NCBI GenBank assembly: GCA_963710605.1
Contig: CAVQBA010000004.1
Location: 224,001 to 288,000, forward strand
Reading direction: 5' to 3'
Origin: an uncultured cyanobacterium
Lineage (GTDB): Bacteria > Cyanobacteriota > Cyanobacteriia > Cyanobacteriales > Cyanobacteriaceae
Length of the DNA stretch: 64,000 bases
Made by a program: the position numbers and the translations under genes. Positions 29,601-38,304 of the stretch are shown here, in pieces. The notes below the pieces were generated by a model. It ran no database searches and was not told the origin of the DNA. It saw only the letters and a program-made list of their open reading frames with translations. Numbering within the stretch: the stretch's first letter is position 1; the number at the start of each line of letters is the position of its first letter.

Positions 29601-29777
29601 ATGACGACAATCACCACAGTTTTGGGGATGTATCCTTTGGCTTTAGGTATCGGTGAGGGAAGCGAATTTTTACAACCTTTAGGAATCGTTGTTTTTTGGG
29701 GATTGTCTTTAGCTACATTACTAACTCTATTTTTGATTCCTTGTCTTTATCTGTTACTCCATCAACCATTTAAATAA
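26631..29777 (+). CDS. RND efflux permease (AcrB/AcrD/AcrF family)
   Basis: 1048 aa; GIVVDNSIV, GIVVNNAIV, RLRPILMTT and two large periplasmic loops. Confidence 0.95.
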   Translation: MSNDKSNPIFSISSLAIRRHIATIMLTLAVIFVGVFFLSTIKVDLLPEIVYPRIGVRVSTNGIAPEIALQEITRPLEEAMSAVEGVELIYSRTGETGVRVDLFFEVGGSIDQSFNNATTALNQTRSRLPNNINNPRLFKFDPSDSPIYEFAVTSSLRDEVDLRVFTQTEIARELSIIPGVATVDVAGGVEEEVQIQIDLNRLQVLGIGLNEVLNEIDNINRDIAGGRLLAENDEPLTRVVGKFQDVEDLYNLSFAIPNSTNRVYLTEFAEVIDGRERQRVLVYLNGTPAVKVTIQKQPSANTIEVVESVKTKLQQLQTGNVIPEDISVLATSDESIFIRNSIDNVIFSGLVGTTLAAIAVLLFLGSLRQTLIIVISIPLATLAAVIMMKISGFSLNVFSLGGLALGVGIVVDNSIVMLETMVEDIEQNPQHSPRQIIDSCINSAKKVESALIASTSTNLVVVLPFLMIGGLISLLFRELILTISFAVGASILVAITIVPMLTSRLLAIRFSSNLNKFFLLKWFNQGFQLVNRIYGKILGFLLKIRLFFVVAIFIILGTTSYDLFEQLPQEILPRINTGQVRLFASFPPQTTLATNNRVMEMVDNILLQQPETASAFTTSGGFLFSNNTAENVLRGSSNITLKPNTDIEAYITKVKAQLDELNLVDIRLNLFPGRVRGLNLSNSPVRADVDVILQSDDQDLLEATGRNIVNILDEEATLVNFRPDSDRRQPEVIITPDLIRLADYDLDITDITASLRTTVSGSVVSQLQRGERLVNIRVELDPTQITNIDTLLEIPIFTNDNSLIRLGEIASIAYGEAPSQITRINQRQILIITGSLEENVKLTPALTEVEEILQAVDIPEGVRILPSIAKESNDKLQASLPILGGLAAFLVFVVMAVQYNSLIDPLVIMFTLPLALSGGIVGLSVTETPIGATVIVGVVLLVGIVVNNAIVMVELANQIYQAQIIDREIKKPSRHQAIIQAAQNRLRPILMTTITTVLGMYPLALGIGEGSEFLQPLGIVVFWGLSLATLLTLFLIPCLYLLLHQPFK

Positions 29778-29975
29778 TCGATCTTGATTCTAATTCAGAA
29801 CGACTCGTGGTAAAATTCTCAAATTATTCAAGATTTTCCTGCCATTTCTTTCAAATATTCTTATTAGGTAGATGTTAAAAAAAATTCAGCTTTTTACTTT
29901 AACAGTTAACCGTTAAAAAATTTCTGTATAATATGTGATTAAAGTAAAAATTACATTAGTAGTACTAACGAGTTT

Positions 29976-30191
29976 ATGAATACAACCACACTAGTACCGA
30001 AAAAAATCAAATCGATAACGAATATACCACTTTCATTAAGTCAGCTTGCCCCAGATGATAATTGTTCGACTTATCCTGTGAATGGAACAGGTAAGTGTGG
30101 TCATAGCGGATGTAGCTGTCCCTCATTTGTAGATCCACCGGGAGGGTTTAATTGCAGTCGATGCGGTCATCCTATGTCGGAACATTGGTAA
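29976..30191 (+). CDS. 71-aa Cys/His-rich micro-protein
   Basis: GC-richer than its flanks; TATAAT ~50 bp upstream; C-terminal CGHSGCSCPSF-x8-CSRCGH-x4-HW. Confidence 0.65.
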   Translation: MNTTTLVPKKIKSITNIPLSLSQLAPDDNCSTYPVNGTGKCGHSGCSCPSFVDPPGGFNCSRCGHPMSEHW

Positions 30192-30745
30192 CATTCTTAT
30201 TTACAACATCATATAAGTTGTTTTTTTGAAAAAAAGCTCAAATTCTCATAACAAAAACGGTAACAGCATCGTAATAGATGTAGTGAATAGAAGCGGTTTT
30301 CAGTTTAAAGCTATACGAGACTGCATTCGGTTCACTCCATCGATCGTTTTTGTACTAAGATTTAAAGCTATTTACCTAGCTCAAAAACTCAAATCGCTAT
30401 CTAGATTTATGACCTAAAATTTATGTTAGTAATTTTAATTTGGTCTATAATGTAACATTAGTCAAAATTAGAATCAAGTTGCTAGAATTATGATCGAAAG
30501 TAATCAATAAGTTCTAAGTAGAATTTGTCTTAATTTTGTTTACTTATATACTTATTCAAAAAAAAATTTAATGATAAACGATCGTTAAAAATTGAAGATT
30601 AAATTGAATCAACATGAATAGAAATAAGATTTACAACTATTTTTATTTAATTTAATTTTAATAAATATTTTATTTATCCTAAGTGAATAAGTAGTTTTGT
30701 TGTTTATTTTTATTACCCTTGAAGTAATAATTTAAGATTTAGATT

Positions 30746-31384
30746 ATGTCCATTTATACTCAGTTAGAGTCAAACAACTTTTCTCGTAAATTAATCGGTG
30801 AAATTTTAAAAGAGGCAGGTTTAATTTCTTCTCCTCAATTAGAAATCGCTTTAGATGCTCAAAGTCAAGGAAAACATTTTAGATTAGGAGAAATTTTAGT
30901 TTCTAAAGGATGGTTAAGTCAAAAAACAATTGATTTTTTAGTTGATGTTTTTTCTCTTTCTAATCTTAATAAATATCTCCACAAGCAACCGATCGGTTAT
31001 TATTTACAAGAAGCTGGATTACTAACATCCGAACAGATTAATAGTATTGTTAATGACCAAAAGAAGATCGGGATTAAATTTTGTTATTTAGCGGTTATTA
31101 AAGGTTTTTTACAACCAAAAACAGCTGATTTTTTCTTACATCACGTTGCTAAGAAGTTTTCGGTTGCTTCTACTATCAGCGACTTGGGTAATAATTGTAC
31201 TGATAAAGCTCAAACTGTTATTATTGAAGATAATCATGAGCAAAATGTTATTCAAAATGAAAATGCTCAAATAATAGAATACGATCGCGCAGCGGCAGGC
31301 GAGCCTGATCGTGATTTAACAACTGTTAATGATTTAGGGATTCAATCTAGTTCAATTTGGATCGATTTTACAGTCTCAAGTTAA
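30746..31384 (+). CDS. Stand-alone MshEN-type (c-di-GMP-binding-like) repeat protein
   Basis: IGEILKEAGLISSPQLEIAL, RLGEILVSKGWLS and IGYYLQEAGLLTSEQI motifs. Confidence 0.75.
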   Translation: MSIYTQLESNNFSRKLIGEILKEAGLISSPQLEIALDAQSQGKHFRLGEILVSKGWLSQKTIDFLVDVFSLSNLNKYLHKQPIGYYLQEAGLLTSEQINSIVNDQKKIGIKFCYLAVIKGFLQPKTADFFLHHVAKKFSVASTISDLGNNCTDKAQTVIIEDNHEQNVIQNENAQIIEYDRAAAGEPDRDLTTVNDLGIQSSSIWIDFTVSS

Positions 31385-31528
31385 TTTGATCAAGTTATAA
31401 ATTAGATGTTATTTTTAGCGATGAAAGATAATTATTAAAATTGAAAATTACAATCGGTTTTGATTATTTCTAATCCTTTCTTGAGCAAAAAAGGAAACGA
31501 ATATTGTTTTTCAAATGTTAATTGCTAT

Positions 31529-33199
31529 TTATAGTTTTTTTACTTCTTCATAAAATTGATTCCACAGAGAAATTAATTGAGGATTACTCTTTACTCCTTT
31601 TTGAATTAAAACTACTCCGTTTTTAAAATCAATTAAACCAAATTGTTGATCAGTAAGTAATGTTTTAATTTTATCTGTATTATTTTTTAACAAATCTCGA
31701 TCGCCACTGAAAGCTGATTGATAATGTTTTAATCGCCATAAATCCGCCATAATATAATCAACAGTAATTAATTGTTGTTGATCATTAATCAATTGAATAC
31801 CGCCATCTAAACGAATAATTTCTCGACGACTAGACAAGTGAGGTATTAAATAAGTAGTAGCTGAAACGCTAGCATTATCAGGAATTTGTGCTAATATACT
31901 TCTAATCTGCGACGATCGTTGCCATTGTTGCGGTAAAGAAACATAAACCCAAGGATCAATCGAATCAGGAATCAAAAAATAAAAAGTACGATTAGGATTG
32001 GCTGTAAACGTAAATAATAAAGACAGGACAATACAAGTTGTCCAAAACTTTTTGATTAAAGGCGACAATTGACGAGGCTGATAATTCTTCTTCGATTGCC
32101 AAAAATTGTTAAAACCTTGCCCCGACCACCATAAAATTGTACCGTAACATAAACCCGGAACTACACTCATCGCATAACGAATATTGATTGATAAAACAGA
32201 TTTCCCTTCAGCTATGAATAACTTAAATAAAGGTGCACCTGCTATCATCCAAGCTGTGGGGGCAAAAGCTGGCACTAAAGCAAAGGGTAACAAATGGGCG
32301 ACGATATATTTAATAGTTTTAAATACAGGGGTGACTAATTGCTCAAGTAAAATCCAAGGTTGAGAAATCATTCCCCAAATAATATCTAAAGTTGTAGCTT
32401 CTGATTTGGTAGTATATTGTCCAAATCTTTCTAACATGAATCGTTTAGAAATGTCATCAGAAAAAATAGGCATAATCAAATTAGTTAATGCCAAAATGTA
32501 CAAAAAACTAAAAGCACATACTGCGATGCCAATTTTGGGATAACGACGACTCAAGATTAAATAAACACCAACTCCAAATAAAGTAATTCCACTATCTTCA
32601 CGTACTAAAACTGTCAAAACACACATCAGTGAAAATAACCACCAGCAACGCTTTTCCATCGCTAGTAGTAAAGTGAACATGAATAAAGGAATCTGAGATA
32701 TATCGTGAAAGTTACATAATGTAGGACCTACTACTGCATTCGCACCATAATAACCAAAGACAATCCATCTTGAGAGTCTGGGTTCTAAATGTTGCCGTGC
32801 TAACACATATAAGACCAGTCCTGCGGCGGTAACGAGAATTACGAGAAAAACTGCCAAAGTTGAGGCATGGGGATAGATAGCATAAAAAGGAAGCCAAAGA
32901 AGTAAGGCAGGGGTGAAGTGTTGCCCTAAACGGTGATAACTAACATCAGGAAATTCTCCTGCATGGATGACATTAGTGGATAGTTGTGAAGATAATGAAC
33001 TTTGAAAAAAACGTCCGTGGATTCCATTCCAAAAAACTTGATTAAAAATTCCTTGATCGTAAGATGAGTAGAAAGTAAGATGGCGATGTAAGACAAGTAT
33101 TAGACACAAAAGAAAAAATATTGCACTAACTAATAATACAGGTTTCCATTCGGCTCGATCGAAATGTGTCGATTTGTTTGGGAGGGAAGTTTGTGTCAT
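31529..33199 (-). CDS. DUF2079 membrane protein (GT-C-like), copy 1
   Basis: YDQGIFNQ, LGQHFTP, NFHD and VREDSG; multiple TM segments. Confidence 0.88.
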   Translation of the reverse strand: MTQTSLPNKSTHFDRAEWKPVLLVSAIFFLLCLILVLHRHLTFYSSYDQGIFNQVFWNGIHGRFFQSSLSSQLSTNVIHAGEFPDVSYHRLGQHFTPALLLWLPFYAIYPHASTLAVFLVILVTAAGLVLYVLARQHLEPRLSRWIVFGYYGANAVVGPTLCNFHDISQIPLFMFTLLLAMEKRCWWLFSLMCVLTVLVREDSGITLFGVGVYLILSRRYPKIGIAVCAFSFLYILALTNLIMPIFSDDISKRFMLERFGQYTTKSEATTLDIIWGMISQPWILLEQLVTPVFKTIKYIVAHLLPFALVPAFAPTAWMIAGAPLFKLFIAEGKSVLSINIRYAMSVVPGLCYGTILWWSGQGFNNFWQSKKNYQPRQLSPLIKKFWTTCIVLSLLFTFTANPNRTFYFLIPDSIDPWVYVSLPQQWQRSSQIRSILAQIPDNASVSATTYLIPHLSSRREIIRLDGGIQLINDQQQLITVDYIMADLWRLKHYQSAFSGDRDLLKNNTDKIKTLLTDQQFGLIDFKNGVVLIQKGVKSNPQLISLWNQFYEEVKKL

Positions 33200-33288
33200 T
33201 AACGTGCCAATAGATAACAGATAAAGTGTGAATATCGAACGCCAGTAAAGTTTATACTATAGCCAAAAACATGATTATTAGAGAAATT

Positions 33289-33326
33289 AACCACCCCTAG
33301 CCCCTCCTTTGGTAAGGAGGGGAATT
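33289..33326. repeat. Small dispersed palindromic repeat
   Basis: aaccacccctagcccctcctttggtaaggaggggaatt, near-identical to the copy at 2913. Confidence 0.8.
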
Positions 33327-33480
33327 AGATTTGAATGTCCTAACGACAGAAGTTAACTGCTATATAAAGTGAACAGAATAAAAATCATAGTATCTAAATA
33401 ATTGGTAAAAATACTTTTATATTAAGAGTGAAATAGTTGAAACAATTATTAATTATTAATTATTAATTATTCATTATTAT

Positions 33481-35148
33481 TTATAGTTTTTCTACTTCTT
33501 GACGAAACTGATTCCATTGTGGAAGTAATTCGGGTTTAGTGGTTGCTCCTTTTTCAATTAAAACTACACCATTTTTAAAATCAATTAAACCAAATTCTTG
33601 ACTATCAAGTAATGTTTTAATGGTATCTGTATGACTTTTTAACATTGAAAAAGAACTTTGAGAATCGGGTTGATAACGCATATAATGCCATAAATCGGCG
33701 ACTACATAATCAACGGTAATTGTTTGTTGTCGATCGTTAATTAATTGTGTACGATCTAAACGGATGATTTCTCTTCTACTAGAAAGATGAGGGATAAGGA
33801 AAGTACTTCCTGAAACACTAGCATTATCAGGAATTTGTGCTAATATACTTCTAATTTCCGACGATCGTTGCCATTGTTGCGGTAAAGAAACATAAATCCA
33901 AGGATCAATCGATTCAGGAATCAGAAAATAAAATGTACCATTAGGATTAGCCGTAATAGTAACAATTAAAGAAAGAACAATACAAGTTGTCCAAAACTTC
34001 TTGAAAAAAGACGACAATTGACGAGGCTGATAATTAATCGATGGCTGCCAAAAATTATTAAAACTTTGTCCTGATAACCATAAAATTGTACCGTAACACA
34101 AACCGGGAACTACACTCATCGCATAACGAATATTAATTGATAAGACTAAGTTTCCTTCGGCGATTAATAACTTAAACAAAGGTGCACCCGCTATCATCCA
34201 AGCTGTAGGTGCAACCGCAGGAATTAAAGCAAAAGGTACTATTTGCCCCAGAATATATCGTAATGTTTTCAGGATAGGTGATACTAATTGATCGATTACT
34301 ATCCACGGTTGAGAAATCATGCCCCACATAATATCAATAGTTGAGGCTTGGGTTGCATCTGTATATTGCCCAAATCTTTCCAACATAAATCTTTTAGAAA
34401 TATCATCAGAAAACAAAGGCATAATCAAATTAGTTAACGCCAAAATGTAAATAAAACTAAAGGCACAAACTGCTACCCCAATTTTAGGATAACGACGACT
34501 CAAAATTAAATATACTCCCACACCAAACAAAGTTACCCCACTATCTTCTCTGACTAATACTGTTAAAACACACATCAAACCAAACAACCACCACCAACGT
34601 TTTTCCATTGCTAATAGTAAGGTGAAGATAAAAAGTGGAATTTGAGAAGCATCATGAAAATTACATAATGTAGGTCCTAGTACTGCATTGGCACCATAAT
34701 AACCATAAACAATCCAACGAGATACTTGCGGTTCTAAATGTTCTCTAGCTAATAGATATAAGACTAATCCTGCGGCGGTAACAAAAATAACGAGCAAAAC
34801 AGCCAAAGTAGAAGCATGAGGATATATGGCATAAAAAGGAAGCCATAGTAGTAATGTCGGGGTAAAGTGTTGCCCTAAACGATGATAACTAACATTAGGT
34901 AATTCTCCTGCATGAACGACATTAGTTGAAAGTTGGGAAGATAATGAACTTTGGAAAAAACGTCCATGAATTCCATTCCAAAAAACTTGATTAAAAATTC
35001 CTTGATCGAAAGTTGAGTAGAAAGTAAGGTGGCGATGTAAGGTAAATATTAAACAAAATAGAAAAAATATTCCACTAACTAACAATACAGGTTTCCATTC
35101 AGCTCGATCGAAATGTGTCGATTTATTGGGGAGGGAAATTTGTGTCAT
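33481..35148 (-). CDS. DUF2079 membrane protein (GT-C-like), copy 2, tandem paralog
   Basis: Colinear with and highly similar to 31529-33199 from start to stop. Confidence 0.88.
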   Translation of the reverse strand: MTQISLPNKSTHFDRAEWKPVLLVSGIFFLFCLIFTLHRHLTFYSTFDQGIFNQVFWNGIHGRFFQSSLSSQLSTNVVHAGELPNVSYHRLGQHFTPTLLLWLPFYAIYPHASTLAVLLVIFVTAAGLVLYLLAREHLEPQVSRWIVYGYYGANAVLGPTLCNFHDASQIPLFIFTLLLAMEKRWWWLFGLMCVLTVLVREDSGVTLFGVGVYLILSRRYPKIGVAVCAFSFIYILALTNLIMPLFSDDISKRFMLERFGQYTDATQASTIDIMWGMISQPWIVIDQLVSPILKTLRYILGQIVPFALIPAVAPTAWMIAGAPLFKLLIAEGNLVLSINIRYAMSVVPGLCYGTILWLSGQSFNNFWQPSINYQPRQLSSFFKKFWTTCIVLSLIVTITANPNGTFYFLIPESIDPWIYVSLPQQWQRSSEIRSILAQIPDNASVSGSTFLIPHLSSRREIIRLDRTQLINDRQQTITVDYVVADLWHYMRYQPDSQSSFSMLKSHTDTIKTLLDSQEFGLIDFKNGVVLIEKGATTKPELLPQWNQFRQEVEKL

Positions 35149-35338
35149 TCTTCGTATTTTGTTCTCAATCTAATTAATACAATCAATCATTAGTCAACTG
35201 TAACTATCAAACAATTAATGATAATTAAGCTGTCCTGTTCGATCGTTGCCGAATAAATTATAATACCAAAAGTTGTCTTTTTTTGAATCGGGTCGCAGTT
35301 GAGAAGTTAATTTTATTTTGCATAGATAATAAGCACTC

Positions 35339-36010
35339 ATGAGAATTTTACTAGTAGAAGATGACGATCGTATAGCCAAACCTCTAGCCGAAGGTTTAAA
35401 AAACGAACATCATGTAGTAGAAATAGCGATCGATGGTATAGAAGGATGGAAATATGCTCAAGGGGCTGAATTTGATCTGATTCTGTTAGATTTAATGTTA
35501 CCTAAATTAGATGGCGTTACTTTATGTAAGCGATTAAGAGAGGCAAAATCTACTGCTTTAATTTTGATGCTCACTGCTAAAGATACAACAGATGATAAAG
35601 TAATTGGGCTTGATGCAGGTGCAGATGACTATTTAGTAAAACCTTTTAAACTCAAAGAATTAGCCGCTAGAATTAGGGCTTTATCCCGCCGAAGCTACGA
35701 ACTTAAACCACAAATTCTTGGCTATGAAAAATTACAGCTTAATCCTTCTACTGGTAAAGTAACCTATGCAAGTAACTTGCTTTGTTTGACTCCTAAAGAA
35801 TATTTGATTTTAGAATATTTTTTACGCCATCCTCGACAGATTTTAACTCGATCGGCTATTCTTGACAAACTATGGGAGTTTGATAACTCATCAGGAGAAG
35901 GAACGATTAAAACCCATATTACTAACCTACGTTCAAAACTAAAAGTAGCAGGAAGTAAAAATAATTTAATCGAAACAGTTTATGGTGTTGGTTATCGTTT
36001 AGGCTCATAA
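35339..36010 (+). CDS. OmpR/PhoB-family response regulator
   Basis: ILLVEDD, LLDLMLP, GADDYLVKPF and IETVYGVGY. Confidence 0.95.
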   Translation: MRILLVEDDDRIAKPLAEGLKNEHHVVEIAIDGIEGWKYAQGAEFDLILLDLMLPKLDGVTLCKRLREAKSTALILMLTAKDTTDDKVIGLDAGADDYLVKPFKLKELAARIRALSRRSYELKPQILGYEKLQLNPSTGKVTYASNLLCLTPKEYLILEYFLRHPRQILTRSAILDKLWEFDNSSGEGTIKTHITNLRSKLKVAGSKNNLIETVYGVGYRLGS

Positions 36011-36034
36011 AAAAATTAGGCAATCGTCATTAAT

Positions 36035-37285
36035 ATGTTCCAAAAGATTCGCTATCGTTTGTTTTTAGCCAATTTACTAGTCTTGACTATTGTTTTGTTA
36101 GGGTCGGCTTTTGCAGTACGTTTTGTCTTCATTCGTAATCTTAAACAGCAAGTAAATGAACGGCTAATGGCGATCGCTCAAAGTACGGCAGTTAGTGCAG
36201 AAGTAGAGGATGAAGGAGAATTTGAATGGGAGGTAGAATTTCCCTCAAAATTATTAGAAGAAGCACAGCAAGCTTTTCAGTGGTTTGACACTCAAGGAAA
36301 ACTATTAGAACAACAAGGTAATGCTCGCTATATTTCTACTCTACCGCTTTTAGCAGAACCAACGATTAAAACTCAAATAGATGAAACAGGGCTGGAGGTT
36401 ATCACGTTACCTATTCTAGATAAAAATAATGGGCAATTGATTGGTTATCTTCGTGCTAGTCAATCTTTAGAAAAAGTAGATGAAACGATCGAAAGACTTG
36501 ATTTAGGATTAGCTGTTGGTGCAATTGTCGCCGTTTTTCTCAGTAGTTTTGGTAGTGGTTGGCTTAACCGTCAGGCAGTACAACCGATCGAAGAGAGTTT
36601 TGAACGTTTAAAGCAGTTTACCGCCGATGCTTCTCATGAGTTACGAAGCCCTTTAATGGCGATTAGTACTAATGCAGAAGTGGCTTTAACTTATGATAAG
36701 GGTATGCGAAAAAGCGATCGTGAGAAATTTATCGCAATTTCTATGGCAACTGATCAAATGTCTCAACTGACAGAAGATTTATTATTGTTAACCCGAACTG
36801 ATCAAATCTCTAGTTTTGAATCCGAAAGAATAGATTTGACAACTTTATTAACAGATTTAGTTAATTTATACAAACCCCAAGCACAAACCAAACAAATTGA
36901 ACTCCAAGCAGAAATTGAAAATAATTTATGGTTAATCGGCGATCGAGCTAAATTAGTTAGGGCTTTTACTAATTTAATTCAAAATGCAATTCAATATAAT
37001 TCTACTTTGGGAAAAATAGAAGTGATAGGGAATAAAATCGGTCGAGAATTCATGGTTAATGTAAAAGATACAGGAATAGGTATTGCACCCGAACATTTAG
37101 AGCTAGTCTTTAACCGATTGTGGAGAGCCGATCGCTCTCGTTCTTATGACAAAGGAGGTTCAGGATTAGGATTAGCAATCACCCAAGCAATTATTCTTAA
37201 CCATAAAGGAACAATTACCGTCACCAGTCAGGTAAATGTTGGTAGTTGTTTTGTCATATCTTTACCTGTAACCAACGTTGACTAG
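36035..37285 (+). CDS. Membrane sensor histidine kinase
   Basis: Two TM segments; ADASHELRSP H-box, NLIQNAIQY, DTGIGI and GGSGLGL. Confidence 0.95.
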   Translation: MFQKIRYRLFLANLLVLTIVLLGSAFAVRFVFIRNLKQQVNERLMAIAQSTAVSAEVEDEGEFEWEVEFPSKLLEEAQQAFQWFDTQGKLLEQQGNARYISTLPLLAEPTIKTQIDETGLEVITLPILDKNNGQLIGYLRASQSLEKVDETIERLDLGLAVGAIVAVFLSSFGSGWLNRQAVQPIEESFERLKQFTADASHELRSPLMAISTNAEVALTYDKGMRKSDREKFIAISMATDQMSQLTEDLLLLTRTDQISSFESERIDLTTLLTDLVNLYKPQAQTKQIELQAEIENNLWLIGDRAKLVRAFTNLIQNAIQYNSTLGKIEVIGNKIGREFMVNVKDTGIGIAPEHLELVFNRLWRADRSRSYDKGGSGLGLAITQAIILNHKGTITVTSQVNVGSCFVISLPVTNVD

Positions 37286-37410
37286 TTGATAATATCCCCC
37301 AAAATAGCTGAAGTAATCTTGCAAAGTTCTTAACGATTGCTATTTATAATGACAACCTAACTTCAATCAAAATTAAATTGATCAAAATAAGATTAGGAGA
37401 ATAAAAACTT

Positions 37411-38283
37411 TTGAAACGTCGTCAATTATTACAGTGGGGTGGAAGTGGATTAGGATTAGCTTTGAGCCGTCATTATTTACTTGCTTGGGGAAATACACCT
37501 ACAAAAAATATAATTTCTCAATCTTCTGACTTTTGCTTTGTTGCTTTAGGGGATGTAGGAACAGGAAATACAGGGCAAAACACGATCGCTCAAGTGATGA
37601 ACGATTATTATCTTCAACAACCTTTTGAACTAGTATTATTAACAGGAGATAACATTTATGAAAATGGTGACATCAGAAAAATAGGAGCTACTTTTAGTAA
37701 GCCTTATTCTTTTTTGACAAAACAAAATATTCCTTTTTATGCCGTATTAGGTAATCATGATCTGAAAACTAATAACGGTGAAGATCAAGTTAACTTTAGC
37801 TCGTTTAATATGAAAGGACGTTATTACACCTTTAGTAAAGGCATCGTTCAATTCTTTGCTCTCGATACTAATAACAATGCTAATTGGTCAACACAACTAG
37901 ACTGGCTGGAAAAAAACTTAGCACAATCACAGGCTACTTGGAAAATTGTTTTTGGACATCATCCTCTTTATTCTTCTGGGCTTCATGGTACTAGTCAAGA
38001 ACTAATTGACAAGCTATCACCTCTATTTGCTCGTTATGGCGTTCAATTATATATAAACGGTCACGACCACAATTACGAAAGAACTATTGCAATTAAGGGA
38101 ACGACATATTTAACCTGCGGTGCAGGAGCGAAAACTCGTCCTGTCTTTAGTTCTCAATGGACTGCTTATTGCGCACCAAGATTGAGTTTTGCCACGATCG
38201 ATGTTCATTCAGATTATTTAGAAATTCAAGGAATTGGTAAAGAGGGAAAAGTATTCGATCGTGGTAAGGTAGCAAAAGCCTAA
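37411..38283 (+). CDS. Tat-exported metallophosphoesterase (purple acid phosphatase-like)
   Basis: MKRRQLL Tat motif; GDVG, GDNIY, GNHD, GHHP and GHDH; AGGAG RBS before the TTG start. Confidence 0.9.
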   Translation: MKRRQLLQWGGSGLGLALSRHYLLAWGNTPTKNIISQSSDFCFVALGDVGTGNTGQNTIAQVMNDYYLQQPFELVLLTGDNIYENGDIRKIGATFSKPYSFLTKQNIPFYAVLGNHDLKTNNGEDQVNFSSFNMKGRYYTFSKGIVQFFALDTNNNANWSTQLDWLEKNLAQSQATWKIVFGHHPLYSSGLHGTSQELIDKLSPLFARYGVQLYINGHDHNYERTIAIKGTTYLTCGAGAKTRPVFSSQWTAYCAPRLSFATIDVHSDYLEIQGIGKEGKVFDRGKVAKA

Positions 38284-38304
38284 GCTCAAATAGTTTAATC
38301 CAAT

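Noticed and set aside
30226-30417. 63-aa TTG ORF after the Cys-rich gene
   Set aside because: No motif, and it overlaps what looks like a degenerate TATAGC-type MITE (~30291-30400), which is itself too decayed to call.
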